The notes under the pieces are model-generated. The model was given only the letters and a program-made list of their open reading frames with translations, was not told the DNA's origin and did not search any database. Both the position numbers and the translations under genes were made by a program. Positions 10,503-24,000 of a DNA stretch of 64,000 bases are shown in pieces (within the stretch, counting starts at the first letter, position 1; the number at the start of each line of letters is the position of its first letter). The stretch spans positions 5,704,001 to 5,768,000 of the forward strand of contig NC_047067.1 of the NCBI RefSeq assembly GCF_902459465.1. Direction: 5' to 3'. The stretch comes from Asterias rubens (lineage: Eukaryota).

Positions 10503-13500
10503 ATGCCTTCTGCTGGTGCCATTGGTGCACCAAGCATCATTCCTCTCAGAGTACCTCAGCCTGGACGGACTGCAAATCAGATTGATACAAATACACTCAT
10601 TGAGATCAAATCAGGTACAGAAATGCTTTCGTTTTAGGGGCAACAATGAAAGTTGTCATTCAGGCTTGGAATTACACACAGACCGTGGGGGTGGTGGTCT
10701 CCGTTTTTTTCTGGTCTGTGCCCCTTCAAAAGTTTCCCATTGACTTAAAGAGTGTGTAATTTGAGGCATTGCATGGTGTGATCTATATGAGATAGGAGCA
10801 GGACAGTTCTTTAAAAACCGAGAAGTCTTCCGATTCCAAAAAACTAATCCGCGGTAGTAGAAAATAAAGCAAGACTTGAGTTCTCAAAAGAACATAATCT
10901 ATCGAAATACAATTATGCAAACCAAATACCAAATAAACGGTACATACTGATGAAAATTGTTTTACATTATCACATTTAATCGTAGGTTCTAATTTTATGA
11001 TGATTGAATTGCAGCAACCCCGGATGCCATTATCTATATATCTACCAATGGCAACCGACCTGATCCTTACCGGAAAGGAGACAAGAACACCATCAAGTAC
11101 AAAGGACCATTTCTCCTTAATGAAGGAAAGAGAGCTATCAAAGCTATTGCAGTCTCAAGGTAGTTCTTATAACTTAGAATATTATCAAAATTAGTTTGTA
11201 ATAAAAAAAATCTAAATTTGATATAATTTTGTGTAGATTTTAGGTTGGAAATGATTCCCGTGTTTTCGATGCCAAAAGGGCCTGTCAAGTTACAGATTAG
11301 ATATTAGGGCGATTGTGTGTTGATGCAGTGTAACGTACAGCATTGTTTAGTGAGAGTTATTATTATTATTATTATTATTATTTGTGGTTTATTAAAGGCA
11401 GTGGACACTATTGGTAATTACTCAAAATAATTATTAGCATAAAACCTCACTTGGTAACGAGTATAGGGGAGCTGTTGGTAGTATAAAACATTGTGAGAAA
11501 CGGCTCCCTCTGATGTAACGTAGTTTTCGAGAAAGAAGTAATTTTCCACGAATTTGATTTTGAGACCTCAAGTTTAGAATTTGAGGTCTCGAAATCAAGC
11601 ATATGAAAGCACACAACTTAGTGTGACAAGGGTGTTTTTTACTTTCATAGTTATCTCGCAACTCCGACGACCAATTGAGCTCAAATGTTCACAGGTTTGT
11701 TATTTTATGCATGTGTTGAGATACATCAAGTGGGAAGGCTGGTCTTTGACAATTACCAATAGTGTTCATTGTCTTTAAATACAGCTGCTAAAAGACGAAA
11801 TGTACAGTTTATACAAAAATAGTCATTAAAAATAATACTATATTACAAAAAAAAGAATGAAATATCAAAGATATAAACACACAGGCAACAAATTTGTGAC
11901 AGAAAAACATTAAAAAGAGCACAAAAACATTTTGATTAGATTAAAAATGCAACCATTGCTCATGATCCAAAGAGCCTCGCCACACTGATAACAGTTTTGA
12001 AGTGGGGGAAAAGGTAACCTTTTGTAAACCCAATATTGCATTTGACATAACAATTGGGTATATCTTCATAAACGTGCATGTTGGCTAGTGGCTGCAAGTT
12101 CATTACCCATATTCGCAGTGTCAAACCTCTGGGTAGCAATTGTCTGTTACTGGTGAGAAAATAATGTTTTAAATTATTATTTGTATTTTGTTTTTATGTT
12201 TCTTTTTCATCCGAGTCCCCCGACAGAGGGCATTCACCAATTGATATTTGTGACCCTCTTCATGACATGGGTACAAACACGCAATGCATAGCCTTGACGA
12301 TTTGAGCTTGCAGCAGAACTGCAGCACATAGTTTGAAAGGGTAATACTTGAGCGAATTGCCAAATACAAATAACGCAAAACTTGCAGAAAACCTATCTAG
12401 CTAGAATTCTGTGATGATTAAAAAAAAAATGAAATCCTAAGACTGCGTTAAATTTCATCCTTTATTTGATTTGCTTCCTCCAGTGACAGGCGAAGTGAGA
12501 GCCATGTTGTCAGTAAAGTGTTTTCTGTGACTTATGCCCATCCCGAGCCGGAACCGTTTGAAGATGATGATGCAAGCTTCATCATGGACTCCAGGCCCAA
12601 GAGCTCACTAAGGGTAAGCAAAGACGCTTAAGTGTTGTAGTAAAACCAATTTTAGTGGTGGGCTCTAAATCCAATTTAGTCAACTAAGGGTTCAACAAAA
12701 TTATTCGTGTTTAGATATGGGGCCATCATTGCTGCAGGGCAACCTGAGGGAATTTATTAGTTCTGGGCAAGCCTGCCCGGCACTGCCCACCGTGGCTACA
12801 ACACTGGACCCCCTTGCATAACGCGAAACGCTTCAGGGATGCTGAGGGCATGCGGACATTTTTATGTACCAAATCAAAAAACTGAGATCTGAGAAACGAT
12901 TCTTGCATGAGCCATTTCTCAGATTCAAATTTTGGGGTGAAATATTATCCAAACCATATTACATCAAAATAGTTTATACTGTCAACAGCTGCAGGGCTTC
13001 TCACCTAAGGTGTCTATAATATGGTCATTAATGGGAGACTTTCTGGGACGATAGAGGGCAGCAGACTTACCGGGTAAATCCATTGTTCTCAGAATTATGC
13101 GCATGTTCAGAACTACGTAAACAATGGAAATTTACCCGGTATGTCTGCTGCCACCTAGCGTTGGAAAGTCTCCTATTGTGGGAGTATTTACCAATCTGTG
13201 ATCTGACCTTTAACATTCCTCCTTTGAAGTTATCTGGATTTGGATATATATTCTCGACGATCTAATTAGAGCCAATCGATAAGAGAAGATGACAAGGAAA
13301 TTTCAGTTTTAGATGTGGGAGGACAACCCCAGAGATTTATTCCAGGGAAAACCCATACAGTCAAGTAGGGACTGAAAAACCCACTCCACATAGTGCCCCC
13401 GGTGGGATTCGAACCGGGGTCCCAGAGTTGGAAGGCGATGCAAGACACCACTACACCAACCTGACAGCTATCGTTATATTAGCTAATGCTTCTTTTATAT

Positions 13501-16500
13501 GCTTCTCTCATCTTTGGTTTCATTTCCCCAGAGATCTAATCAGTTTAGTGACGTTGATGACTACATTGACCTCACGAGATCAAGCAATAACTTCAATGCA
13601 TCCAAATCATATGTGAGTTGAGTGGATATTTTTTACTTTAGAAGTCTAGTTATGAACAGATGATACAGCCTGCGAAAATTTTGGCATATTTTAAAGGAAC
13701 ACGTTGCCTTGGATCGGACAAGTTGGTCTATAAAAAGCGTTTGTAACCGTTTTTTATAAAATGCATATGGTTGGAAAGATGTTTTAAAAGTAGAATACAA
13801 TGATCCACACAAATTTGCCTCAAAATTGCGTGGTTTTCCTTTTACTGTGCGAACTAACACGGTCGGCCATTTATGGGATTTTGTTTTTAGTCAACGAGGT
13901 AAAAGGAAAACCGTGCAATTTAGAGGCATGTTTGTGTGGATCATTGTATTCTACTTTTACAACATCTTTCTACCCATATGCATTTTATAACAAACGGTTA
14001 CAAATGCTTTTCAAAGACCAACTCGACCGATCCAAGGCAACGTGTTCCTTTAAGGGAGCAGCCCAAAAAAAACCATTCTAATAGACTGTATCGAATAACC
14101 TCTTTGTTGCTGTGAAAGTGGCTATATTGTAGGGCAGGCTGTATGCGCGTCTTAACGCATACATCAATGAATCACGCAGCACGCAGAATCCCCAGTTTGA
14201 TTGTTTTGGCACACAGCATGTACACGCTCACAGAAGCCATGTTTTTGGCAGGTATTTGAATGGTAATGTCATATTCGATACGGTCTTTTGGATTGGATGA
14301 GTAGTCAAGTACATGCACCATTTCATTAAAATACTCATTAAACCTGTGGTCGTGTGCGCACAAGATTCTTTTGTGCCTTGAACCTGCCTCATTAGAGCAT
14401 ATCTCAACACTCAACTTTCAGTAAAATCTCTCTCGTCAATGGGAGACTTTGGAACGCTAGGTGGCAGCATTGTTTACAATGTTCTACGCATGCACAAAAT
14501 ATTGAGAACAATTAATTTTACCCGGAAAGTCTGCTGCCACCCAGCGTCCCAAAAATGCCCCATTTCCTCACTCTCAACCCAATGGTATACCCTTAACCAC
14601 AATATAAAGATATACTTTCTTTTACGCTCTCTTCACAGCAGGTGACTGCTAATTCAGGAGCCACGGTGCCCTACAATGCATGGGGTGCTAGCACTGGTCC
14701 CCGTCAACCTCAGACAGTCGGCAACATGCAGACCAACCCAGACTACATGTTCCAGTAAGTCATTTTGTAACTCTCTATCATAATTTGTTTGGTTCCCATT
14801 ACATGACCTACCCCCCTCCCCCCCCCCCCCCCCCCCCAATCAAACTATCTCATAATACATACCTCAGAGAGATTTGCGATAATGCTGTGTGAATATCTCT
14901 TTTGAGTAGTGTTGGTTCTCAAAAGAACCGGTGGTTAACGACTCAAAGAGATATTCACACGGTGTTACCTCAAACCTCTCATAGTTATACTTCCACCAGG
15001 CAAAGTTTCAATCTACTTTACTCATATAAAAAAATACCTACATTTTGCACTCCAACCCACTTAGCCTATCTATATTGTCACCCCACCATGCAAAGTTTCA
15101 AAACAAACTTTTGCAGCATCTGCAACAGAGTCCAGCATTCTTCTGAAGACGATCAGAGCATACTGATCAAAACGTTGCGTCTTTAAGTGCCGGTTCTTTT
15201 CAGAACCAACACTACTCAAAAAGAGATATTCACATGGTGTTACCTCAAATCCCATGCAAAGTTTCAGATCCTACTTAAAACCAAATTGATTCTTGTTTTG
15301 CCTGTTTTCAGTTATCACATGCATCAACAAACGAGCCCCAGACAAGCACAGCCTCCTGTACAGTATCGGCAGCCACCACCCCAACAACAAGTGCAACCAC
15401 CTGTTATTGTTGATGTGAGTCACCTCAACCCCGTCACTCATCCCCATCTCCCCCAAGCATGGCAAAACACATCATCCCTTCATGTACACAGTTTGCAGCC
15501 ATTATTTGTTTCTCATCTGTACAAATCACTGTAACTATAGACACCTTGCATTGTCCGCCATTTTTTAATGAAACGTGCACGTGTGAAAAGCTATCACACA
15601 GTACACAGCGCATAAGTGGGGTCCAGACATGGTAAGTGGGGTCCAGACATGAAATCATTGTGTTGGTGCAACAAGGTATTAAAAAAGCGTATACGTGAAC
15701 TCAAATTTTAGAAGGTCAAAAAGTTGAATCTCATTTGAAGTGATTCGGATATTCACACAAAACTCAATGGACACTGAAATACAATTTCTGACTTTGTTTC
15801 ACAATGTAGTTACATCCTTGTTGCACGATGAATTGCATTTCATTCAATTGCATTTACATGTAAGTGTAACAGAGCTACTGCTGTCATGGGAGGATACAAT
15901 CTTGAAAGGAATTGACTTAGGAATCCGTCTCTCATTTCGATCCTTAGCCATACACAAACAACTGGCGCCCCGTCAGTGTTCCCCTACCAGCAGTACTCAA
16001 CCAGCACATCGGTACCCAGACCGTCGGTCTCTTCTACCCGACCCACGAGCAGCTCGGTCGGCAGGAGCGAGACGTTGAAGAAGTGAGGGTGATGAGAGAT
16101 GCATCCTCGTCGATGGTTAAGTCTGAGCCGAAGCCGAGTCTGATGGACACGAGCCCTGGGAAGGGGTACTGGAAGAAGCAGCTTGCTCATGTCGTGGCTC
16201 ACCTTGAGGCCTTCACCCAGAGGGAGGCGGAGTTCAGAGCGGATATCGGGAAACCCAAAATGGGAAAGGTCAGTTTGAAACAGAAATGCTTAGTCAAATT
16301 TCAGATTGTTCGCTTTCTCATGACCTTAAGTGGTGTTTAAAGGTGTGAAAAATGTTTATCTAGGTTTTTTTCTTTCTCTGTAATTTCTTTTAATAGTATT
16401 TTAAATGTTTTAATAGTATTTTGGGGGAATTTCTTCCATCAAGTATTTTGTTTTTGACTGTCTGTGTAATACCTAATGTTTGATTTTGTAAGCATGTAAT

Positions 16501-19500
16501 TTTTAGTACTACTTTGTGATACCACTGACCATGTTGTGCATTTTTAAACTAAAGTTAGTAAATAAATAAATAAATATTTATTGATTTTTTTAATTTTTTT
16601 TTTTAGATTACTTCAGCCAGTGCCGAAGACGATGGGGTGGACGTGACAATCACAATAAGTTTTGAATCACAGACTGAATCTCCTAACGTGAGGCCTAATA
16701 GGGCCTCAATGGCAAGAAAAGGTTAGTGTTACAGTTGTATTAAAGACACTGGACACTATTGGTAAATGTCTAAGACCAGTCTTCTCACTTGCTGTATCTC
16801 AACATATGCATAAAACAACAAAACTGTGAAAATTTTGAGCTCAATCGGTCGTCGAAGTTGCGAGATATTAATGAAAGAAAAAAAACACCCTTGTCACACG
16901 TAGTTGTGTGCTTTTAGATATTATTTTATGTAATGACCAATAGTGTCCACTGCCTTTAAGTCGCTTCAACAGCATTGTATTTACCAGGCATGCAACTTTT
17001 CAGCTGATCGGCTGACTTCCTCTTTTTCTTATCAAAAACAGTGCCATAGAAAATTGAAAAACACTGTACACAAGTCAAGTGTGATCGTCCATTTCCTCTT
17101 TTTTTTGCAATTAGAAAGGTGTATGTCTGATGTACACTACAGTCTCAATTTTCTTCTAATATCAAATTCACAAAGAAGGATTCTGAAGGGAAAATTGCTT
17201 ATCACTGGGTAAGGCATACCAATCTTATTTAAAGGAACACGTTGCCTTGGATCGGTCAAGTTGGTCTATGAAAAGCGTTTGGAACTATTTGTCTATGATT
17301 AAAAGTAGAATATAATGATCCACACAAGTATCACTCGAAATTGCGTGGTTTTCCTTTTACATGGTCGACTAACACGGTCGGCGATTTATGGGAGTAAAAT
17401 TTTTTACTCCCATAAATTGTCGACCGTGTTAGTTCGCAAAGTAAAAGGAAACCGCGCAATTTCGAGGCAAATTTGTGTGGATCATTGTATTCTACTTTTA
17501 AATCATCTTTCTACCCATATGCATTTTATAACAAACGGTTACAAACGCTTTCCAAAGACCAACTCGATCGATACAAGGCAACGTGTTCCTTTAAGTCCAA
17601 ACAATTTGGTGTGGAGTGACATAGAAGAGGAAATTGGATGATTGAGAACACACTCCAGCCAAACTGCCTCGCCTGTAAGAATTCAATGTAACGATTGAAT
17701 TGTGGACAAAGCATAGTATCCATACACCAATGTGTGATACACTCAACTCGCATTGTTTGAAATGCAGAATGTCTTATGTCTATGCTTATTTTATCTGTCT
17801 TGAAAATATTGGTGCATCACAAGGCAAAACAAGGATGGAGTATATCTGGCCGATTTCTCATCAAATACAAGAGCCACACAAATCTCAGTAACAAATTGTT
17901 TCCTTTCGCTTCTTCTACAGAGGCTCTACTGGCAAAGTCTCTCAGTGAATCAGGTAAATTAATGTTAGTGTAGCTTTTTAAGCAACTGAACTGAGGTTCC
18001 TGTTGTTTTACAGTCCTTTGAAGATAGTTTTTTTAACTTTTCAACTCAATTCAACTCAACATTTATTTCCATTTTATTTCAAAATGAACATCATTGAACG
18101 TAATGAACATAATAATGAAGATGGTCTATTGAACAAAGAGGTACAAAGAACTGCTAGAATAATAATTAAAGGAGACACAATAAACAAAGAGGCAAATATG
18201 GAGACATATTCAAAAGACAAATCTTGTGTAGTAATGCCTAATAAAACATTTATTGGACTTCAGAACAGAGCTTAAGTTACAACAGAATGACAGACAAGGA
18301 CGAGACAAACAAATAAAACGCTTCTCAAAGATTCTGGACACTATTGATAATTGTCAAAGACCAGCCTTCTCAATATATGCATAAACTGACAAACCAGTGA
18401 AAATTTTAGCTCAATCGGTCATTGAAGTTGTGAGATAATAATGAAAGAAAAAAAACACCCTTGTCACACGAAGTTGTGTGCTTTCAGATGCTTGATTTCG
18501 AGACCTCAAATTCTAAATCTGAGGTCTCGACATCAAATTCGTGGAAAATTACTTCTTTCTCAAAATCTACATTATTTCAGAGGGAGCCGTTTCTCACAGT
18601 GATTTATACTATCGACCTCTCCCCATTACTCGTCACCAAGTAAGGTTTTATGCTAATAATTATTTTGAGTATTTACCAATAGTGTCCACTGCCTTTAACG
18701 AGCTAGGACGGAACAAGATGGTGAACCAAAACTAAAAACTCAAAAAGGTGAACGACGAAAAAGAGAAGAAGCTCGTCAAGATAAAGCCAAGATTATTTCT
18801 TGTAAGAGTTATACATTTAAAAAAACAGATGACCCTGCCCTAGATTTGCCATTGATACTATTCCAAAGACGAGGTTCGTAAAATCCCAAGGTGTTCAGAA
18901 TAGGTGGTGGGTGCAAATGGAAGAAAAATATTGAGGTCTGTAATGTAACTCTTGTGTCTGAATGAAATACAGACTCGCCATACGGTAAAGCCAAGAAGAA
19001 ACCGATCACCAAGAAACTTGCTGCCAAGAAGAAAGCTGTGGAAGACGAGAGGTTGTCTGTAAGTATGTCTGTCGGTCTGTCTGTTTATTAATAACTAACG
19101 CAATAATAACGTCTGCCCTCACAGGTACCCATTTATACCCCTGGGTGAAGAGAAGCAGTTATAGTAAAGCATCTTGCTCCAGGACACAAGTATCATGATT
19201 GGGATTCGAACCCACACTCCATTGACTTTACCACCAGAACTTGAACTCGATGCTCTTAACTGCTCGGCCGTTACAACCTGGTTGAGTGTGATATGATTGA
19301 AACAATAGTTAGCTGTTGAAGGAGACTAAAAATTTTTAGTATCAGGTTGTCTTTGCTTTCCGGATTGATTGGGGATTTAGGTCTGGGATTTTGATTTTTC
19401 TTCTTCTCTCTTACTTTTTCATGTCTGTCATTTTCCCCAGTTTTTCTGTCTTACTATGTGTGGGATAGCATGATTCCAAGCATAATTTACTTATTTTTGT

Positions 19501-21028
19501 CGTCCCTTTTTTTATTTGCAGAAAATCCCTGGCAATTTTTAGTCCTTAGAATTGTGTTTATTTTTTTGTTGATATAGGAGGAGGACCGTCACCTTTTGAA
19601 AGAACTTGGAGCTAAGGGAGACGGGGACCCAGACAATGTTCAGGATCTTCTAGACGACGGAGCAGACCCAAATTGCGAGAATAAAGATGGCGTCCATGTC
19701 CTCATTGAAGCCACCATAAATAACCACGTGGAGTGCCTGCCTGTATTGATTGATGCAGGGTCAAAGGTCAATGCTAAAGCTTCAGTCAGGTAATGGAAAG
19801 AAAAAATTGGGTTTAAGGGTGTATCCGAATGGCGGCTACAACTACGGCTCCGACTGTTGTCAAGGGTGGTGTTAAGGAAGGTCTATGCCTCAACGTATGA
19901 TGACGCGGAAACCTAGTTGTAGGCGCCAAATCGGACACAGGCTTTTATGTAGCGTAAATCTTCCATGTGTGGCACCCAAAGTGCTTTGATGCGGTGAGAG
20001 GTCTTAATCCAAACCTTGTGAAATGCCACCCTTTCAGCTTTCACCTATAAAAAAAATCTGCAAGAAACCTCCGTTCAACAAACAAAGACGCCTTTGTTAT
20101 TCTAACTATTGCCACCAAAACATATGTTAAATGTAGTTTTCAGTGTGCTGGACTTCATTTATGGAACAATCTCCCTCTACACATCAAATAAGCTACCACT
20201 GTCTCACATTTCTCAAAACAATTCTGTTCAAATCGTCGTACATTTAATTTTCTTTTTGTTCTTCTGAGCACCTAGACACTTTATTTTGAAGGTGGTAGGC
20301 ACTATATAAACACTGTTAATACTGTTATTAAAACCTGGAGGAATTTGACTTCGCCTTTTTTTTTTTAATAGTTGAAAATGTTTGTTCTTTGAGTTTATAG
20401 CACATCCACAGGATTAACAGCTAGCATGTTGATCCAAATATTCTGACCCTTTAGGATAACAATTTGTCCAGTCATAATGGACTTTTCTCACTGTAAGTGT
20501 ATGAGTCATGTTGTCAGATTCAAGCATTCTTTTTAAGGCACCTTTGGTAATTGTTCAAGACCAGTCTTCTCACTTGGTGTATCCCAACATATGCATACAA
20601 TATTACAAACCTGTGAAAATTTGGGCACAGCTGGTCATCGGATTTGCAAGAGAATAATGAATTTGGTAATTCCTCACTGATGAGTATCTTGCATCTTCTG
20701 ACACAGGAAGGGTAACACGGCCCTCCACGAGGCAGTGCTCTTAGGACCTGACGGCCAGGAGGCCATAGAAGCCCTTCTTGAGGGAAGTGCCAACCCCAAG
20801 GCCAAGAACGCCAAGGGAGAAACGCCCTACGATCTCGCCGTCAAGAACGGCTACGACAGCATCGTTGCCCTGTTCGCCTCCAGTCTTGGCCAGGACATGC
20901 TGGATAAGATGTCCGACACCAAGAAGGGAGGCAAGGCAAAGGCCAAGAAGAAGGCAAAGGCTGAGAGTGACGATGAGGAGGAGTTTGTGGTGAAAAAGAG
21001 GAAGGCCTACAAAGAAAAACTGCCAAAG
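10503..21028 (+). CDS. DZANK1: DZANK1-like moiety (exons 1-11, 565 codons): CHB_HEX_C_1/Fn3-associated domain, conserved middle block, ankyrin repeats
   Basis: PSIIPLRVPQPGRTANQIDTNTLIEIKS, IKAIAVS, TQTVGLFYP, SPGKGYWKKQLAHVVAHL, KPKMGKITSA, EDRHLLKELG..LLDDGADPNC and NTALHEAVLLG..GETPYDLA match, in order, blocks I recall from vertebrate DZANK1. The symbol denotes family; this may be a paralog. Confidence 0.85.
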
Positions 21029-24000
21029 GTATGTTCAGTTCATGCAAATATTAAGTTCTTTTAAGAATACAGCCCTGGGGAGGCCCCGGGAGTTAATTTT
21101 TGTTACCCCAACGTTACCCTGAATACTTTCACATACTATCCCCGCCTGCAGCCCGTATTCCACTGGGTTCTGGATGAACCTTTCAAGAATAGCCCAGAGT
21201 TTTACTCACTGGTTGAAATTCGAAGCCAACAAGCTTTGCATTGCTAGAGCAGCTGGCTTGCCACTAGACCACCGAGCTAGCCTGGTGGCTAGAGACACTT
21301 TGATTTTTATGTGTAAGCAACAGTACACATCGGTGTAAAGATCAACAAATGAATTGTATCCTTTATCCTGCAAAAACAACCTCTATTGAATAAACTTTGC
21401 CGAGTACAGCAACTATTTGCTTCACAAAAAACGATGACAGCATATTATTGTTTGTGACTGATCGATTAATCATTTCTAGCTGACAACAAAATCAGTAACC
21501 CCATTTTTTCTGCCTGGTGATGAATGACAGTCTAGGTTCATTGTGCCATTTGTAAAGACCATCATGATTTTAATTTCTGTTTCTTTGTTGATTCAGGACA
21601 AAGGATCTGTTGTCGCTGCGTCATCCTTCGATGCCCAAGCGGACTCGGAGAAACTCAGAAAAGCTATGAAGGGATTAGGTGAGAAAGATACAACTCTGTC
21701 AACCTTGTTTTTAAATAATTCATGTATTACTATCTATGCCCAATGGGCGTTTATGATTGACACATACCATACCTTTCACTTAATGATTCTCCCCCTTCAA
21801 AAAGTTAATCATAAATCTAGAGAACTTTAAATTTGATTCATGACCTTTGAAAGTAGATCATTTTTATAACTAACTGAAATGGCGTCCAGTGCACATTTCA
21901 CATTTCATCCTAAGTTTCCTATCTTGTGCCTCTGGTGCTCTGCAATCTGTGCTGTTTTCTAAAGCATGCGGTGCCTGCAAGTGACTCCCTAGATAATTTT
22001 TATAATTAACTGAAATGGCGTGAAGTGCACATTTCACATTTCATCTTGAGTTTCCAATATTGTGCATTTTGTGCTCTGCAATCTGTGCTGTTTTCTAATG
22101 CATGCGGTGTCTGCCAGTGACTCCCTAAAGGTTTTTAAAAAGTACTTTAAAAAGATATTCTCATGGTGTTACCGCAACAACTTTCTATGGTATACAACTT
22201 AAAATGTACTTAATTTCAGCAATGGATTTATAAACACAGGTACGGATGAGAAAGCTATTATAGAAGTGGTCACTCAACGAGCCAATCAACAGCGACAGAA
22301 GATCTCCAAGCAATTCAAACAGATGTTTGGAAAGGTCAGTTGGTTGTAAGGGAAAGAATGCATATAGTTGGAGTTATGTTGTCTTTATGAATAAATATTT
22401 ACATGGAAGAATTGTGGCTTGCGTAGACTATGTAAGTGGATGGAATCTTGGTTTACTAAGAGTTATAACAAAGATGTAAAGATGTTATAAATTATTATAT
22501 ATTTTCTTTCCCTACCTCTGCAGGACTTGATGAAAGAATTCAAGGGTGAGCTTGGTGGAAAGCTCCTGGATGTTGTCAGCGGGTTGATGATGACCCCAGC
22601 AAAGTATGACGCCTACCAACTACACAAAGCCATCAAGGTACAATTTTAGTTCTTTGAGGAAAGAATTAAGTAGGATTTGAAACTTTGTATGGTGGAAGTA
22701 TTGTTTAGTAAAAAAAACAAACACAAAGAAAAAAATCAAGAATAAATGGAATTTGAGGCATTGCATGTTGAGGTATCAATATATATTTGGTTTGCGGTAA
22801 CACCATGTGTGTATCTACTTCCCAGGTAGATTTTGTTCTTAAGAGAACTTTCTTGCTTTATATTCTACTACCGGGGAGTAGATTTTTGGAATTCGCATTA
22901 CTTCTCAGTTCTGTAAAGAGCTGTCTTGCTTTTTAACTACTACATGTACCTAGGCAGAAGTTAGAAAATCGGCCAAGACTACTGCTCAAGCTTTTAGTGG
23001 ATCAATTTTAATTTCACCACCAAGGAGTGAAATCTTAATTGGTCTCCAAGAATATTTGTGCTTATTTTATTTCCCCCTTTGTTCTTTTTTGTCAGGGTCT
23101 TGGCACAGATGAAGCTGTTCTGATTGAGATCCTCTGCACTAGGAGCAATGCATCCATTGATGCCATCAAAGATGCTTACGAGACAGGTCAGTTTCTTATC
23201 CCTCATCCCAAGACACTGATCTCATTCAGGCCGCCATTAGTGGGTTCCCTACATCCAACTGATAAACTATTAACAATGATGAAAATGGGTCTTTTTATTC
23301 TTCATGCAGCCTTGGTTTTAAATGCATGTTAAAGAATAACAATACTTCAAAATTCTTGCATTTTACGCTGCGCACCTGCTGTTCACATTATTGACCATTT
23401 GCACCATTGCCGGAAGCACCATACACAAGCTCTGGTGTTTCTGATCAGCAGAGTGTGGGTTTGACTCCTTGTCATGACACTTGCTTAAAGTCACCTGGAA
23501 GTGGTATTTTTTCAAAATAAAGCTTTTGTCACTAATATATGTGTTTTGATGAGTGGAATGTGAATAAACAGTTAACTAAGGTTTTAAAAAATCAGTTCTT
23601 ATGTTATTTACAAATTTAAGAGTAGACCCCAACCCGAGAGGGCGCTGTTCGTGACGTCAATCGAGGCAAACTTTGCCTGTAATGCGTAGAGTAAACACAA
23701 TTGCAAAGTACATGTACGGACCAAGTCGTGAGTTTGTACGTTTTTTTTCAGTTTTTTTTTCGGCAATGCCGACCAGGTGTATTGCTGCTGAATGCAGAAA
23801 AACACTTTTTGAAATGTACCAACTCACGACTTGGACGTTCATGTACTTTGCACGTGTGTTTACTATACGCATTGCAGGCAAAGTCTGCCTCGATTGACGT
23901 CACAAAAGGGGTAGGCGGAGTCAGCCCCCCAAACAACTTTATATATATAAATCGTGACAAACAATTACTAAAAAAAATTGTTTTATTGGTCGTTAGCAAT

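Noticed and set aside
13390-13461. Possible tRNA-Gly gene
   Set aside because: A and B boxes are present, but the acceptor and anticodon stems do not pair and a SINE body follows.
21543-21830. Stand-alone annexin starting at the track ORF MPFVKTIMIL
   Set aside because: The start is a GTG within intron sequence upstream of a good acceptor; only 21597-21678 is annexin-like.
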